Positions 48,743-60,272 of a DNA stretch of 64,000 bases are shown piece after piece (the first letter of the stretch is position 1; each line of letters starts with the position of its first letter). The position numbers and the translations under genes were made by a program. The stretch spans positions 51,127 through 115,126 of the forward strand of contig JABHSK010000009.1 of the NCBI GenBank assembly GCA_018669975.1. The letters are read 5' to 3'. The notes beneath the pieces were generated by a model. That model saw only the letters and a list, made by a program, of their open reading frames with translations. It was not told where the DNA came from and ran no database searches. The DNA comes from Candidatus Parcubacteria bacterium. GTDB lineage: Bacteria; Patescibacteriota; Patescibacteriia; UBA1558; GWA2-36-10.

Positions 48743-49414
48743 TCAATGTCTCTTGAAGATTAATCTGTGATGTTCTACAACGTGAATCAATGCATCAAAA
48801 ATGATTTTAATTAAAACCAATAATATTATAGCTGCAACGTTTAAATCTAAATTGGTCCATACTATAAAATATCCTAATAAAAATAAAGTTATGTGCATCA
48901 CTAATATTCTTTGGTATGGAACAAGCATCTGTTGTCGTAAGCTAATTTTCTTATATTCTTTTTTCCATAAAAAATTATATAAAAATGATGCGCCGTGGCT
49001 AACAAACAGAAAAAATAATGATAATAGAATTCCACCAATATATTCCGTGACCAATAAGAAGGCATTGTAGCCAGAGCTAACAACTTCTAGGTTTGGTTTA
49101 AATATAATCAACACCAATGATAAATGCACAAACATAAATAGTGCATAATGAACTATAAACATTGGAATTAACGAGGAATTCATTGATTTGTTTATTTTTA
49201 TCATTCGCAGCACGTTCAAAAAACCAACCACCCCACTCTCCAACCAATACAAAAGCATTATGGAAAAAATATCCCATTTAAAAAATAAAACACCGATCAG
49301 AGGAACTAAATTTGCACCGATCAATAAAAGCACTGACGGATGTTTTAAACTTTTTACCAATAATTCCTTTCGGCTTGGTTTTTTGAAAGTCGCGCTAAAA
49401 TCAAAAGCTAACAT
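48743..49414 (-). CDS. membrane protein (DUF6498-like)
   Basis: NLVPLIGVLFFKWD, LYWLES, HYALFMFVH, PYQRILVMH. Confidence 0.65.
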   Translation of the reverse strand: MLAFDFSATFKKPSRKELLVKSLKHPSVLLLIGANLVPLIGVLFFKWDIFSIMLLYWLESGVVGFLNVLRMIKINKSMNSSLIPMFIVHYALFMFVHLSLVLIIFKPNLEVVSSGYNAFLLVTEYIGGILLSLFFLFVSHGASFLYNFLWKKEYKKISLRQQMLVPYQRILVMHITLFLLGYFIVWTNLDLNVAAIILLVLIKIIFDALIHVVEHHRLIFKRH

Positions 49415-49417
49415 AAA

Positions 49418-50701
49418 CTATTTTATTTTTTTATCTTGTTGCACCACCAAGGTTAAACCAAGCATAATAAAAAATAGAACACTTAGATCATTCTTAAAAT
49501 ATGGAACATCTACTAAACCATGGATAAACCAAGTTAACCACATCATACTAAGTGGCCAAGCCCAAACACTTCGATTAGCAAATAATCTCTTGAGCAAATA
49601 GATGATCGATATTAGTATAAGCAAAAATACAATGAGTCCAGCTAAGCCGAGCTCTGTCCAAAAATTCAAAAATATATTATGCGGGTATAAATAAATTTCC
49701 AACCATTGATACTGATGATAAGCCAATAAACCGTCCTGATAACCATCAATACCTAATCCAAAGATAAGGTTATCCTGAAGCATATCGGTTGTTTCTTGCC
49801 ATTGATTCAGACGGATATCTACCGAACTAGATTGTAGGTCTAGTTTTGGATTTATATTTGTTGTCAAAGCTGACTCTATTTTTTCTGTTGGTAAAATTAC
49901 AATTGCAATTAAGGTCATTATTACTAGGGGAATGCCGATTTTCCGAATCTTTTTAGCTAAAATTAGCCAAAGTAAAATCGACAAACCTAGAGCTAAAATC
50001 GCTCCATCACTCCTAGACAATAAAGCCAAAATTAGACCCGCTATAAAGGCTATTAAGTAGATAATTTCTTTCAGCTTATTTTTACTGTAGGCCCACAGCC
50101 CAAAAAACAAAGCTGTTATTGGCGCTACTAATAAAGCCAAGGCATTGGGGTAAGAAAATACTCCTGTTAATCTTTTTATATTAGGTGGATTATAAGCAGC
50201 AATAAAATTCCAATCACTAAAATTTTGATACATGGTTGTTATCAATAACCAAATCACCAACACACCTAGAGCCTTAATAATATTTATAATATCCTGTCGA
50301 CTTTTTACTGAGTATATAAAAACTAAAAAAAACATAATTGGTTCCAGCCAATAGGCTCGCCATAAACCCAAAGAAGTATAGGTGAAATTGATAACAAGGG
50401 CTAAAATGCTAACTAATAACCAAGTCACTAATAAATATCGCCACTTAACCGGCAAAACATTGTACGCTTTTTTACTTAGTGAAAAATTTATCTTAGTTAT
50501 CCTCTTACCCTTAAGTAACCAAATAACAAACAACGAAATTATCATCAACTCTAAAAACGTTGACGGTAAATTGAACAACGTAACACGCCATAAATATGTA
50601 GGTAGCAAGGCTACGATAATAGCCACACCCCAGATTGTACGTTTATAGCTTGATATAACAAAGGCTATTAACGCTATCAGCATAAATATCTCGCTAATCA
50701 T
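49418..50701 (-). CDS. O-antigen ligase / O-oligosaccharyltransferase (Wzy_C) family protein
   Basis: RLTGVFSYPN, SRSDGA, FGLGIDGY, YPHNIFLNFWTELGLAG, HGLVD. Confidence 0.88.
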   Translation of the reverse strand: MISEIFMLIALIAFVISSYKRTIWGVAIIVALLPTYLWRVTLFNLPSTFLELMIISLFVIWLLKGKRITKINFSLSKKAYNVLPVKWRYLLVTWLLVSILALVINFTYTSLGLWRAYWLEPIMFFLVFIYSVKSRQDIINIIKALGVLVIWLLITTMYQNFSDWNFIAAYNPPNIKRLTGVFSYPNALALLVAPITALFFGLWAYSKNKLKEIIYLIAFIAGLILALLSRSDGAILALGLSILLWLILAKKIRKIGIPLVIMTLIAIVILPTEKIESALTTNINPKLDLQSSSVDIRLNQWQETTDMLQDNLIFGLGIDGYQDGLLAYHQYQWLEIYLYPHNIFLNFWTELGLAGLIVFLLILISIIYLLKRLFANRSVWAWPLSMMWLTWFIHGLVDVPYFKNDLSVLFFIMLGLTLVVQQDKKIK

Positions 50702-52125
50702 GTTTGTTTATTAAATAATTCTTTAACTAATTTTTTATCCACTGCTTTGGTCCAATATAAGACAGTCAAATAAACAAGGCCGGTTATCAGTATAGCAAAA
50801 ATTAAATTAAATTCTTTTATTGCCCAACCTGAAAGTAACGCTACTGTACCAGCTAATAAACTTTTATTAAAAACTTTAAAATTTAAAGATATCTTTAGTT
50901 GTTGTCTAGCAACTAGATAAGCAAACACCACTATCAGCGCTTCTATAAATAGCGTCATATAGGCTGCCCCCCAATATGAATATCTAGGAATAAAAATAAA
51001 ATAACCTATGGCGCCAATAATAGCTGCAAACAAAAAATATTTTATCATTTTCTTTTGTGCACCCAATGCAACTATCATATAAGTAAATAAGGTGCCGAAA
51101 AAAATGATAGCTGTAGCCACTACCAGCACATTCAAAATTGCCCCTGAAGCAGCAAATTCTTTTCCTGCCAACAAAATCATCAACGGTCGATTAACAATCC
51201 ATATACCCACTATCATTCCTATGGTTAATATACTAAAAAAATCAAAACTATGTTGCCAAAGCATTTTCAACTTTGACAGATTCTTACTAATCCAAGCAGC
51301 TGTAAATAAAGGCAGAATTAAACTCATAAACATATGAGGGAAAGTGGCTAATACTTCCAAAACTTTGTAGGGAGCACCATAAAGACCAACGTCCTCCGGA
51401 GAATGAAAGGCTGAGAGAATTAATGTGTCAGCCTTAAAATAGACCAAATTTAAAACTACTGTTATGGCTAAAGGCCAGGTACGGAAAAAAACTTTTTTCC
51501 AGTATCTAAAATCCCAGGCAAAACGTAATGTGACGTATTTCTTTAATAGAAAATAAAAAATAATAAAACTAATAACAAAAACAATTGAGTGTAGCAGTAA
51601 AACCACATTTAAACTTCCACCTGCTTTGAAAAGATAAACTAAAGATCCTAAATATAACACTCTGTTTACTAGGTCAACTGAAGCTGCCTTGGGCATATCT
51701 AGTTTCTTTGAAAAAACTGCAGTCAGGGTAGACATTAGGCTTTGAAAGAAAAATACAAAAACAAAAAATACGACGCCATCTTTTACTATTTGATCATAGG
51801 GAAAGAACTTTATAACTACTGGTACTAATAACAAAATAAGTAAAGAGGAAAAAAATCTAATAGTAAAAATGTTGTTTACTACCCGGCTTTCTTCTGAACG
51901 TGTCTCAACTGCGGAAATTTCCCTAAGTAAAGTAAGAAATAATCCTAGGTCAGCTAATATCATGAACATCTGCACAAAAGCAAAAACAGTAGTATAAAAA
52001 CCAAAGCCAGTTTGACCTAAAATTCTAGTAATTAAAGCTAAATTAAAAACACCTATTACTACGGTAATCACACGAATAACAACTTGCCACAGAGTGTTAG
52101 TAAATATTTTATTGGCTACAGACAT
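50698..52125 (-). CDS. Wzx-type polysaccharide flippase
   Basis: About 14 TM helices, TRILGQTGFGFY, ADLGL, YFKADTLIL, VGLYGAPYK. Confidence 0.9.
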   Translation of the reverse strand: MSVANKIFTNTLWQVVIRVITVVIGVFNLALITRILGQTGFGFYTTVFAFVQMFMILADLGLFLTLLREISAVETRSEESRVVNNIFTIRFFSSLLILLLVPVVIKFFPYDQIVKDGVVFFVFVFFFQSLMSTLTAVFSKKLDMPKAASVDLVNRVLYLGSLVYLFKAGGSLNVVLLLHSIVFVISFIIFYFLLKKYVTLRFAWDFRYWKKVFFRTWPLAITVVLNLVYFKADTLILSAFHSPEDVGLYGAPYKVLEVLATFPHMFMSLILPLFTAAWISKNLSKLKMLWQHSFDFFSILTIGMIVGIWIVNRPLMILLAGKEFAASGAILNVLVVATAIIFFGTLFTYMIVALGAQKKMIKYFLFAAIIGAIGYFIFIPRYSYWGAAYMTLFIEALIVVFAYLVARQQLKISLNFKVFNKSLLAGTVALLSGWAIKEFNLIFAILITGLVYLTVLYWTKAVDKKLVKELFNKQT

Positions 52126-52149
52126 ACTAAGATTATACTAATTTAAGGT

Positions 52150-52184
52150 AAATAAAACAACCCGCCCGGCAAATGCCGGGCGGG
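52150..52184 (-). terminator. terminator after recA
   Basis: CCCGCCCGGCA-AA-TGCCGGGCGGG with T-rich tail on the minus strand. Confidence 0.85.
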
Positions 52185-52198
52185 CATAAAATATAAAT

Positions 52199-53221
52199 TT
52201 AAGCTTCTGCAGTTTTGTATTCTTTCCAGATTTTTTTTCTTAGTTCGGCGATTAGTTTTTTATCACCCTTTAAAAAACTTTTAGCGTTTTCTCTGCCGAC
52301 ACCTATTTTGGTATCACCATAAGAATATGAATTACCAGCCTTACTAATAATACCAAAGGCTAGTCCAGTATCTAAAATGTCTCCGGCTACAGAAATACCT
52401 TCGTTGTACATGATATCAAAAACAGTATTCTTAAATGGAGCCGCTACTTTATTCTTAACTACCTTAGCTTTAACTTGGTTACCTATAATCTTTTCACCTT
52501 GTTTAATCTGAGCAGAACGTCTAACCTCTATTCTAACTGATGAATAAAATTTAAGCGCATTACCACCCGTAGTTGTTTCAGGGTTTCCAAAGAAAACACC
52601 TATCTTCATCCTAATCTGATTAATAAAGACAACAGTAGTCTTACTTTTGTGTACTATGCCGGCCAACTTTCTAAGTGCTTGACTCATTAACCTAGCCTGT
52701 AAGCCCATATGAGAATCTCCCATATCACCCTCTATCTCTGCCTTTGGTACCAAAGCAGCTACAGAGTCAACCACTATTACATCAACCCCACCTGAACGTA
52801 CTAGAGTCTCTACTATTTCTAAGGCTTGCTCACCTGTATCTGGCTGTGATATCAATAAATTATTAACATCAACTCCAATTTTTTTAGCATATTCAGGGTC
52901 CAGAGCATGCTCAGCATCTACAAAAGCGGCTATACCACCTTCTTTTTGTACTTCAGCCACTATATGTTGTGCCAGAGTGGTCTTACCTGAAGATTCTGGT
53001 CCGTAAATTTCTACAATACGACCCTTCGGCACTCCGCCAATACCCAAAGCTATATCTAAAGATAAACAACCAGTACTAACTGCGTCTACATTCATTGCTT
53101 TGGCTTCACCAAGGCTCATTATAGAGCCCGCACCAAAACGAGTTCTAATTTGCTCAATAGCTGTCTTTGTCGCCTGATCAAATTTATCCTTTTTTTCTTT
53201 TGGTTTCTTTTCTGTTGCCAT
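52199..53221 (-). CDS. recA: recombinase A
   Basis: [41 protein letters not shown]. Normal length, no intein. Confidence 0.99.
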   Translation of the reverse strand: MATEKKPKEKKDKFDQATKTAIEQIRTRFGAGSIMSLGEAKAMNVDAVSTGCLSLDIALGIGGVPKGRIVEIYGPESSGKTTLAQHIVAEVQKEGGIAAFVDAEHALDPEYAKKIGVDVNNLLISQPDTGEQALEIVETLVRSGGVDVIVVDSVAALVPKAEIEGDMGDSHMGLQARLMSQALRKLAGIVHKSKTTVVFINQIRMKIGVFFGNPETTTGGNALKFYSSVRIEVRRSAQIKQGEKIIGNQVKAKVVKNKVAAPFKNTVFDIMYNEGISVAGDILDTGLAFGIISKAGNSYSYGDTKIGVGRENAKSFLKGDKKLIAELRKKIWKEYKTAEA

Positions 53222-53277
53222 ATGTTTGTCCTTCTTTTGAGCAAACTAGCCTGTATTGCTTGCTTATTACTTATTAT

Positions 53278-53955
53278 TTATTCTATTACCTCTCTTAAAA
53301 TATCTAATTCTAAAACATTGGTTTTACTATGTTTCTTTTTAGCACTTATTTGTAAATTATTCAAGCCAACAATCAAATTAATGACCTGACTAAAATTTCC
53401 ATCATGGTCCAGTAAAACAGTTTCGTTGTTTATTGTTAACTGAACCTCTGCCTGTGTCTGCCCTTTAACCAAAACACTGCTTTCGGTAGTACGAAAATTA
53501 TCACCTGGTTCCAAAATAACAACTTTTGGAGGGGCTACAATATTATACAGCTCCCAGCCCAAATATCCAAGTAGCACCCCTACCACTAAAGCAATCACGA
53601 CCACTTTAAGGGTCTTTGGACCTAAAAAATTGTGCTTAGAAACCTCTTTCACCTTAACTGGCTTATCAATACTACTAATTTTATCACTAATGTTCTTTTC
53701 TACCTTATAATCAAATAACAATTCTTGACTAGGAATTTCTAAAAACTCTGCATATAGTTTTATCCATGCTTTAGCATACATATTACCCGGCAATAGATGA
53801 TAATCACCGCTTTCTAATATTTCGAGATATTTTATTTGAATACTTGTGCCCCTATAAACATCTTCTAGGGATAATTCCTTATCAAGTCTAACCTGTTTTA
53901 ATTTATCTCCAAGTGTCTGTCCCTTACTGATTTGCTTTCTTTTGAATCTCTGCAT
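53278..53955 (-). CDS. RodZ-like HTH membrane protein with C-terminal Ig-like domain
   Basis: TLGDKLKQVR...YLEILESGDYHLLP..YAKAWIKLYAEFL, single TM helix, beta-rich C-terminus, ftsK-x-recA synteny. Confidence 0.8.
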   Translation of the reverse strand: MQRFKRKQISKGQTLGDKLKQVRLDKELSLEDVYRGTSIQIKYLEILESGDYHLLPGNMYAKAWIKLYAEFLEIPSQELLFDYKVEKNISDKISSIDKPVKVKEVSKHNFLGPKTLKVVVIALVVGVLLGYLGWELYNIVAPPKVVILEPGDNFRTTESSVLVKGQTQAEVQLTINNETVLLDHDGNFSQVINLIVGLNNLQISAKKKHSKTNVLELDILREVIE

Positions 53956-53962
53956 AAATCAC

Positions 53963-56227
53963 TTATTTATCTTCGTCTTCCTCTTCATATTCATAATCCT
54001 CATCTTCTTCTGACTCATCACCATCCTCCTCATCTACGTCTTCTTCCTCAATCTCCTCCTCATCTAGTGGTGATGAAAAATTTTCTTCTAGCTCTTCTTG
54101 TGATATAAAAACTTCCCTTGGTTTTGCTCCATCAGCTGGACTAACCACTCCCATTTCTTCTAAAATGTCTAGCAATCTAGCTGCTCTAGCATAACCAACT
54201 CTTAAACGGCGCTGTAATAATGTAGCTGAAGCTTTACCAGCCTTAATAACTATTTCTTTAGCATCTAGTGTTAGTTCGTCTTCAAAGTCTTCGTTACCGC
54301 CAAAACCTGGCACCCCTTTACCAGCTTTTTCAGTTACCTTATCATTGTATTCTGGTTCCGCTTGATCTTTAATAAACTCCATAACATCTGTTATCTCTTC
54401 ATCGGAAACAAAAGCTCCTTGAATACGCCTTTGTTGTGAGCTGTCAGAAGTCATAAATAACATATCTCCTTTACCTAGCAATTTTTCTGCACCAGAAGTA
54501 TCAATAATTGTTCTGGAATCCATAGACGATGCTACCGCAAAAGCAATACGAGATGTAATATTAGCCTTAATCAATCCCGTAATAACATCGACAGACGGCC
54601 GCTGAGTAGCTAGAATCAAATGTATACCTGCAGCTCTGCCTAGTTGGGCCAAACTAACCACGGCCGCTTCTACCTCCTTGGCTGCCAAAGACATTAAAGC
54701 AGCAAATTCATCGACTATAACTACTATATAAGGCAGGCGATTAACTATTACTGCTTTATTATAACTGTCTATATTTTTTTTTCCAGCTGCTTGCAACAGT
54801 TTATACCTTTCTTGCATCTCTGAAACCACCCAACGAAGGGCGTTGATGGTTTTATCGGTCTCATTAATAACTGGTGTCAAAAGATGTGGACTGTTATTAA
54901 ATGAGGTTAATTCCACTCTCTTGGGATCAATTAAAATAAATTTTAAATCCTCTGGGGAATTCTGATAAATCAAACTAAGAATAATATTATTAATAGCAAC
55001 TGATTTACCAGATCCAGTTGAACCAGCAATCAATAGGTGCGGCATGGCTGCTAAGTTAGCCAGGATAGCCTTGCCGCTGACATCCTTACCTAAGGCTAAA
55101 TGAAGATTATTTTTTCTTTTTTTATATTCACTGCTCTCCAAAATATCCCTAAGTTTTACTATAGACACACTCTGGTTGGGAACCTCGATTCCTACTAATG
55201 ATTTACCAGGAATGGGTGCCTCCATACGCAAAGGGTGTGCAGCCAAAGCTAGAGACAAATCGTTCTGTAAAGTCAACATTTGTGAAAGCTTAACACCATC
55301 AGCTGGTCTTAAAGTATATTGCGTAACAGTAGGACCAACATTAACATCGCTCATAGTTACATCAATGCCAAAGTTTTCCAGAGTCTTCTTAATCTTGTTC
55401 ATGTTAGCATTAACGTCCCCTGAGTCTGGTTTACCACTAGATTTCTTGAGCAACTCAATAGGTACAACAATTTTTTTACGCGGCTTTTTCTTAGCTGGCT
55501 CTTCATCCTCCTCTGGATCTCCTTCGTCGTCTTCCTCTTCTTCTCCCTCATCCTCCTCTGGATCTCCTTCGTCGTCTTCCTCTTCTTCTTCATCGGGCTC
55601 AAACTCTGACCCCTCCTCGTCGTCTTCCTCTTCATCATCTTCTTCGTCATCTTCCTCCGTCAAAAACTTTTCCTTGAGTATACCCAAGGCCTTAGCTCTT
55701 TCAGTAATATCTTTAAATGATGTATTAAAAGCCAGAAATATTCCGATCAATAACATGGCTATTAAAACTACCAATGTGCCCCAAAATCCTAATAATTTTT
55801 CAAAGCCCACGCCAACACCAAATCCCAAGGCACCACCACCGGTTCCTGCTTTAGTAATTTCTTTAAATGTAAACTCATCTACAAAAAAGTGTAATATACC
55901 AGCAAAAGAAACAATAATTAAAAAAAGTCCAATATAGCTAATGAGCTTAACTTTGTATTGTCCGCTCTTTAATAAAATAAATCCTAAAAATATCAACACT
56001 AATATAAACAACCAATCACCCCAGCCAAATAAATAAGCTAAAGCAAAATTAAGACCCCTGCCCAGAGCCCCAGCCAAATCAAACATTGATAGAATACTTA
56101 AAAAAGCAATTACAAAAATCAGAATAGTGAAAATGGCTCCCTTGGTCTCGGGATTGAGATGAAAACCATCCTCTTCATACTCATCTCTATAAGATCTCCT
56201 TTTTTTAGGTTTTTTTCTTCCAAACAT
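53963..56227 (-). CDS. ftsK: DNA translocase FtsK/SpoIIIE
   Basis: N-terminal TM helices, acidic linker, GSTGSGKS, LATQRPS, gamma domain LLQRRLRVGYARAARL. Confidence 0.97.
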   Translation of the reverse strand: MFGRKKPKKRRSYRDEYEEDGFHLNPETKGAIFTILIFVIAFLSILSMFDLAGALGRGLNFALAYLFGWGDWLFILVLIFLGFILLKSGQYKVKLISYIGLFLIIVSFAGILHFFVDEFTFKEITKAGTGGGALGFGVGVGFEKLLGFWGTLVVLIAMLLIGIFLAFNTSFKDITERAKALGILKEKFLTEEDDEEDDEEEDDEEGSEFEPDEEEEEDDEGDPEEDEGEEEEDDEGDPEEDEEPAKKKPRKKIVVPIELLKKSSGKPDSGDVNANMNKIKKTLENFGIDVTMSDVNVGPTVTQYTLRPADGVKLSQMLTLQNDLSLALAAHPLRMEAPIPGKSLVGIEVPNQSVSIVKLRDILESSEYKKRKNNLHLALGKDVSGKAILANLAAMPHLLIAGSTGSGKSVAINNIILSLIYQNSPEDLKFILIDPKRVELTSFNNSPHLLTPVINETDKTINALRWVVSEMQERYKLLQAAGKKNIDSYNKAVIVNRLPYIVVIVDEFAALMSLAAKEVEAAVVSLAQLGRAAGIHLILATQRPSVDVITGLIKANITSRIAFAVASSMDSRTIIDTSGAEKLLGKGDMLFMTSDSSQQRRIQGAFVSDEEITDVMEFIKDQAEPEYNDKVTEKAGKGVPGFGGNEDFEDELTLDAKEIVIKAGKASATLLQRRLRVGYARAARLLDILEEMGVVSPADGAKPREVFISQEELEENFSSPLDEEEIEEEDVDEEDGDESEEDEDYEYEEEDEDK
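55503..55589 (-). repeat. 42-bp direct repeat (period 45) in the FtsK acidic linker
   Basis: 55503-55544 is identical to 55548-55589 and encodes EEEEDDEGDPEED twice. Confidence 0.9.
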
Positions 56228-56308
56228 ATTTAGTATATTTTATAATTTTTTACCTAAGTTGTATATATTTTAACATATAATTAGATAAAAATAAACTGCT
56301 CAAATATA

Positions 56309-56338
56309 AGAAAAACCCTTAATTTTAGGGGTTTTTCT
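56309..56338 (-). terminator. terminator after rpoC
   Basis: AGAAAAACCC...GGGTTTTTCT inverted repeat. Confidence 0.75.
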
Positions 56339-56364
56339 ATGATAAGTTTTCTTTTATAATTCCT

Positions 56365-59300
56365 CTATCCTTTAAAGCCAGTGCCGGCTGGTATTTTACG
56401 ACCAATGATAACGTTTTCTTTAAGGCCTCGCAGATGATCTACTTTACCAGTGATGGCTGCATCAATTAATACTCTGGCTGTTTCCTGAAATGAAGCAGCG
56501 GATAAAAACGAGTCTGAGGTTAAAGATGCTTTGGTAATACCTAATAACAACACCTCACCTTTGGCCTTCTTACCTTTAGCTTTAACCTTGGCATTGGCTT
56601 CTCTAAATTGTGTAGAAGTAATAATCTCACCTGGTAATAAATCCGCATCACCAACATCTTTAACTAACAATCTAGAAAACATCTGCTTAACAATCAACTC
56701 AACGTGTTTATCATTTAAATTCTGACCTTGTGATGAGTAGATATTCTTAATCTCTTTGATAATATATTCCTGCACAGCTAGTTTGCCCTGCAAACTAAAC
56801 AGTTCGTGTAAATCAATACTACCCTCGGTTATCTGCTGACCCTCAATAACAATGTCTTTATTTTTAATCCATAAATTGTATCCGGCTGGGATAATAACTT
56901 CTTGTGTTTCAGTTTCTTGGCTAACAACCTTTATTTCCTTATCGGTCAATTTAACTAGGCCATTCAATTTAGTTCTAACTTCTTTACCATCTTCAACAAA
57001 TAAGACTTGATCGGCTTCTATTTCTTTACCATCCTTAACTTTAATTTCTATTTTTTTATTAAGATCATAGGTTTCTATACGGCTACCCTGAGGTTTAACC
57101 TTGATAATTCTTGGATCTTTGCTGACTAACTTATTATCATCATCAATACTAACTATTCCAGCTAATGGTGCTAAAATCGCTTTCTTCTTAGGTGGGCGAG
57201 CTTCAAACAACTCTTCAACTCGAGGTAAACCTTGAGTAATATCACCTCCAGCTACACCACCCATATGAAAAGTTCTCATGGTTAACTGCGTACCAGGCTC
57301 ACCAATACTTTGAGCAGCAACAACTCCAACAGCAGCACCCATTTCAACTAGTCTATTATGTCCTAAGTCGTATCCATAACACTTCTGACAAGTACCCCTG
57401 ATAGATTTACAGGTAAGCACAGCGCGAACTCTAATTTGCTCTGGATCAGCATCTTTTATTTGCTCAGATACCTCTTTAGTAATCAATGTGCCTTTTTTAA
57501 CAACTATTTTATCTTTCTTGTCTTTTATGCCTTCTGCTAAAACACGACCAACTACCCTACCAAATAAAGGTTCGTTAACCTTCTCACTTTCTTCTTTGGT
57601 CAAAATTAAACCTTCATCATCTTTACAGTCTGTTTCTAATACCACCATATCTTGTGATACATCAACTAGTCTCCTAGTTAAATATCCAGCACTAGCTGTA
57701 CGTAGAGCAGTATCAGACAAGCCTTTACGTGTACCATGAGTAGAAATGAAATATTCCAGCACATCTAAACCTTCTTGAAAATTAGCCTTCACCGGCAATT
57801 CAATAATTTCACCAGCCGGATTAATCACCAAGCCTTTCATGCCCATTATTTGAATCATCTGTGACATTGATCCTCTAGCACCAGAATTAATAATGGTAGA
57901 GATAGAATTGTCTGGGGCCATAATACCAGCACCATGCTCAGTAATACGATTTTTTATTTCTGTCCAAACCTCAATTACTTTAACGTATCTTTCTTTGTTG
58001 GTTAACAAACCATCGTTATATTGCTCTTTAATTGCTTCAATTTTCTTTTCTGCTTCTTTAATAAGGTCTTCTTTGATATTTAATTTAGGAATATCATCCA
58101 TACCCCATGACAAACCTGAAGCAGTGATGTATTTAAAGGTTATATTTTTTATGTTGTCCAAAAGTTTTACTGTTTCTTCGTGAGGAAATAGACGAAAAGA
58201 GTCAGCAATTATATCTTTTAGGCCTTTCTTGTCTAATAACTTATTTACGTAATCCATTTTGGCTGGCAAAATCTTATTTAATAGAATACGTCCAATGGAT
58301 GTTTCTATAACATTCTCCCCAGCCCTCTCTACTCTAACCTTAATTGGATCCTGTAAGCCAATAATACCTAAATTAAAAGCCTTTTCAGCTTCATCCTCAT
58401 CGGAAAAAGCCTTGCTAGCTTTAACGCCTTCTTTTATAAAGGTTAAATAATAACCACCCCAAACCATATCTTGACTAGGAATGGCTACTGGTTCACCAGT
58501 GGCTGGTTTAAGTAGATTTTTTGAAGACAACATAATTTCAGCCGCCTCCTTCTTACCATCTTCTGTTAGAGGCACATGGACAGCCATTTGGTCGCCATCA
58601 AAGTCAGCATTAAAAGCACTACACACCAAAGGGTGTAAATGAATGGCTTTACCTTCAATCAAAACTGGTTGAAAAGCTTGAATACCAAGTCTGTGCAAAG
58701 TAGGAGCACGATTAAGCATAACATGCGCACCTTTGACTACTTCTTCTAAAATAGCCCAAACTTCTTGGTGCCCTGCTTCAATATATCTATTAGCACTACG
58801 TACATTATGTACTAGCTCGTCTTTTATTAATCTAGAGATAACAAACGGCTTAAACAACTCTAAAGCCATTGTCTTTGGCAAGCCGCATTGATTTAATTTT
58901 AAGTGTGGCCCAATAACAATTACTGAACGACCTGAATAATCAACACGTTTACCTAATAAGTTCTGTCTAAAACGACCCTGCTTACCTTTTAACATGTCGG
59001 CAATACTCTTGAGGGTTCTTTTTTGACCAGTAGAAGCAGTGACCGTTTTACCATGACGAGCATTATTATCAATCAAGGCATCAACAGCTTCTTGAAGCAT
59101 GCGTTTTTCATTACGTTGAATAACTTCGGGAGCATTCAAATCTTTCAACCTCTTAAGACGATTGTTTCTATTAATAACTCTTCGATATAAGTCATTTAAG
59201 TCAGAAGACGCAAAACGTCCACCGTCCAATTGAACCATTGGTCTTAGGTCTGGAGGAATAACTGGAATAGCTGTCATGATCATCCACTCTGGTTTAATCT

Positions 59301-60249
59301 TGTTAACAACCAAGCTTTTAACTAGTCTTGATCGACGAACAAGTTTCTTTTGTTTGGAAAGGATAGCTGTTTCTATTTCTTCTTCTAAATTGTCGTACAA
59401 CTCTTTAAGATTGACCTTGCTCAATAAATCTCTAATCGCTTCTGCACCAATACCAGCTTCAAATACATGGCCATAACGCAAAGATAGTTCTTGATATTTT
59501 GTTTCCGAAATAATTTGTAGTTCTTTAAGTTCTTTAAGTTCTTTAAGAGCTATATCAGCAGCCTCTTCTAGAGTTTTAACCTTGTCTATCTTGGCTACAT
59601 TAAGAACCATTAACTCCTGTTCAATATCTTTTTCAACCTTTCCTTTTGGTTGACCATCTGCAATCATCTTATCACGACGATTATTTATCTCTTGTGTTCT
59701 TTGATTAAACTCATTATCAATTTGTTTACGTTTGCTCTTGAGCTCTGTCTTGATCTGCTCCATAGTTTCCTGACGAGCTGGATTGTCAACTTTGGTTACA
59801 ACAAAAGAAGCAAAGTAAATAACTTTTTCTAAATTCTGAATACTCAAATCTAAAACCAAACCAATCTTTGATGGAATACCACGCAAAAACCAAATATGTG
59901 ATACTGGAGCAGCTAAATCAATATGACCCATACGTTCACGACGCACAATGGCTCTGGTAACTTCTACACCACATTTATCACAAACAATACCCTTGTAACG
60001 GATGCGTTTATATTTACCGCAATAACATTCCCAATCTTTGGTCGGTCCAAAAATCTTTTCGCAAAACAAACCATCTTTTTCGGGTTTTTGTGTCCGATAA
60101 TTAATTGTTTCTGGTTTTACTACTTCGCCAAAAGACCAGTCATGTATGTCTTCTGGTGAGGCTAATCTTAACTTAATGGCATCAAATTCCAGCACAGTAG
60201 TTTTCTCTGCTGCCATGAAAGTTGTTTTTGTTGAAGAAGGAGTAGGCAT
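56365..60249 (-). CDS. rpoC: RNA polymerase beta' subunit
   Basis: CYCGKYK...CDKC Zn finger, NADFDGD active site, [13 protein letters not shown]. Confidence 0.99.
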   Translation of the reverse strand: MPTPSSTKTTFMAAEKTTVLEFDAIKLRLASPEDIHDWSFGEVVKPETINYRTQKPEKDGLFCEKIFGPTKDWECYCGKYKRIRYKGIVCDKCGVEVTRAIVRRERMGHIDLAAPVSHIWFLRGIPSKIGLVLDLSIQNLEKVIYFASFVVTKVDNPARQETMEQIKTELKSKRKQIDNEFNQRTQEINNRRDKMIADGQPKGKVEKDIEQELMVLNVAKIDKVKTLEEAADIALKELKELKELQIISETKYQELSLRYGHVFEAGIGAEAIRDLLSKVNLKELYDNLEEEIETAILSKQKKLVRRSRLVKSLVVNKIKPEWMIMTAIPVIPPDLRPMVQLDGGRFASSDLNDLYRRVINRNNRLKRLKDLNAPEVIQRNEKRMLQEAVDALIDNNARHGKTVTASTGQKRTLKSIADMLKGKQGRFRQNLLGKRVDYSGRSVIVIGPHLKLNQCGLPKTMALELFKPFVISRLIKDELVHNVRSANRYIEAGHQEVWAILEEVVKGAHVMLNRAPTLHRLGIQAFQPVLIEGKAIHLHPLVCSAFNADFDGDQMAVHVPLTEDGKKEAAEIMLSSKNLLKPATGEPVAIPSQDMVWGGYYLTFIKEGVKASKAFSDEDEAEKAFNLGIIGLQDPIKVRVERAGENVIETSIGRILLNKILPAKMDYVNKLLDKKGLKDIIADSFRLFPHEETVKLLDNIKNITFKYITASGLSWGMDDIPKLNIKEDLIKEAEKKIEAIKEQYNDGLLTNKERYVKVIEVWTEIKNRITEHGAGIMAPDNSISTIINSGARGSMSQMIQIMGMKGLVINPAGEIIELPVKANFQEGLDVLEYFISTHGTRKGLSDTALRTASAGYLTRRLVDVSQDMVVLETDCKDDEGLILTKEESEKVNEPLFGRVVGRVLAEGIKDKKDKIVVKKGTLITKEVSEQIKDADPEQIRVRAVLTCKSIRGTCQKCYGYDLGHNRLVEMGAAVGVVAAQSIGEPGTQLTMRTFHMGGVAGGDITQGLPRVEELFEARPPKKKAILAPLAGIVSIDDDNKLVSKDPRIIKVKPQGSRIETYDLNKKIEIKVKDGKEIEADQVLFVEDGKEVRTKLNGLVKLTDKEIKVVSQETETQEVIIPAGYNLWIKNKDIVIEGQQITEGSIDLHELFSLQGKLAVQEYIIKEIKNIYSSQGQNLNDKHVELIVKQMFSRLLVKDVGDADLLPGEIITSTQFREANAKVKAKGKKAKGEVLLLGITKASLTSDSFLSAASFQETARVLIDAAITGKVDHLRGLKENVIIGRKIPAGTGFKG

Positions 60250-60272
60250 ATATTTATAGTAATATTATTTAT

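Noticed and set aside
50698-50701. Alternative genetic code (TGA=Gly, as in Gracilibacteria/Absconditabacteria)
   Set aside because: Conserved genes are intact under code 11, and TGA acts as a stop (flippase ATGA overlap, rarA).
55176-55937. 253-aa poly-Ser ORF on the plus strand
   Set aside because: It is the antisense reading of the FtsK GAA/GAT-rich acidic linker.
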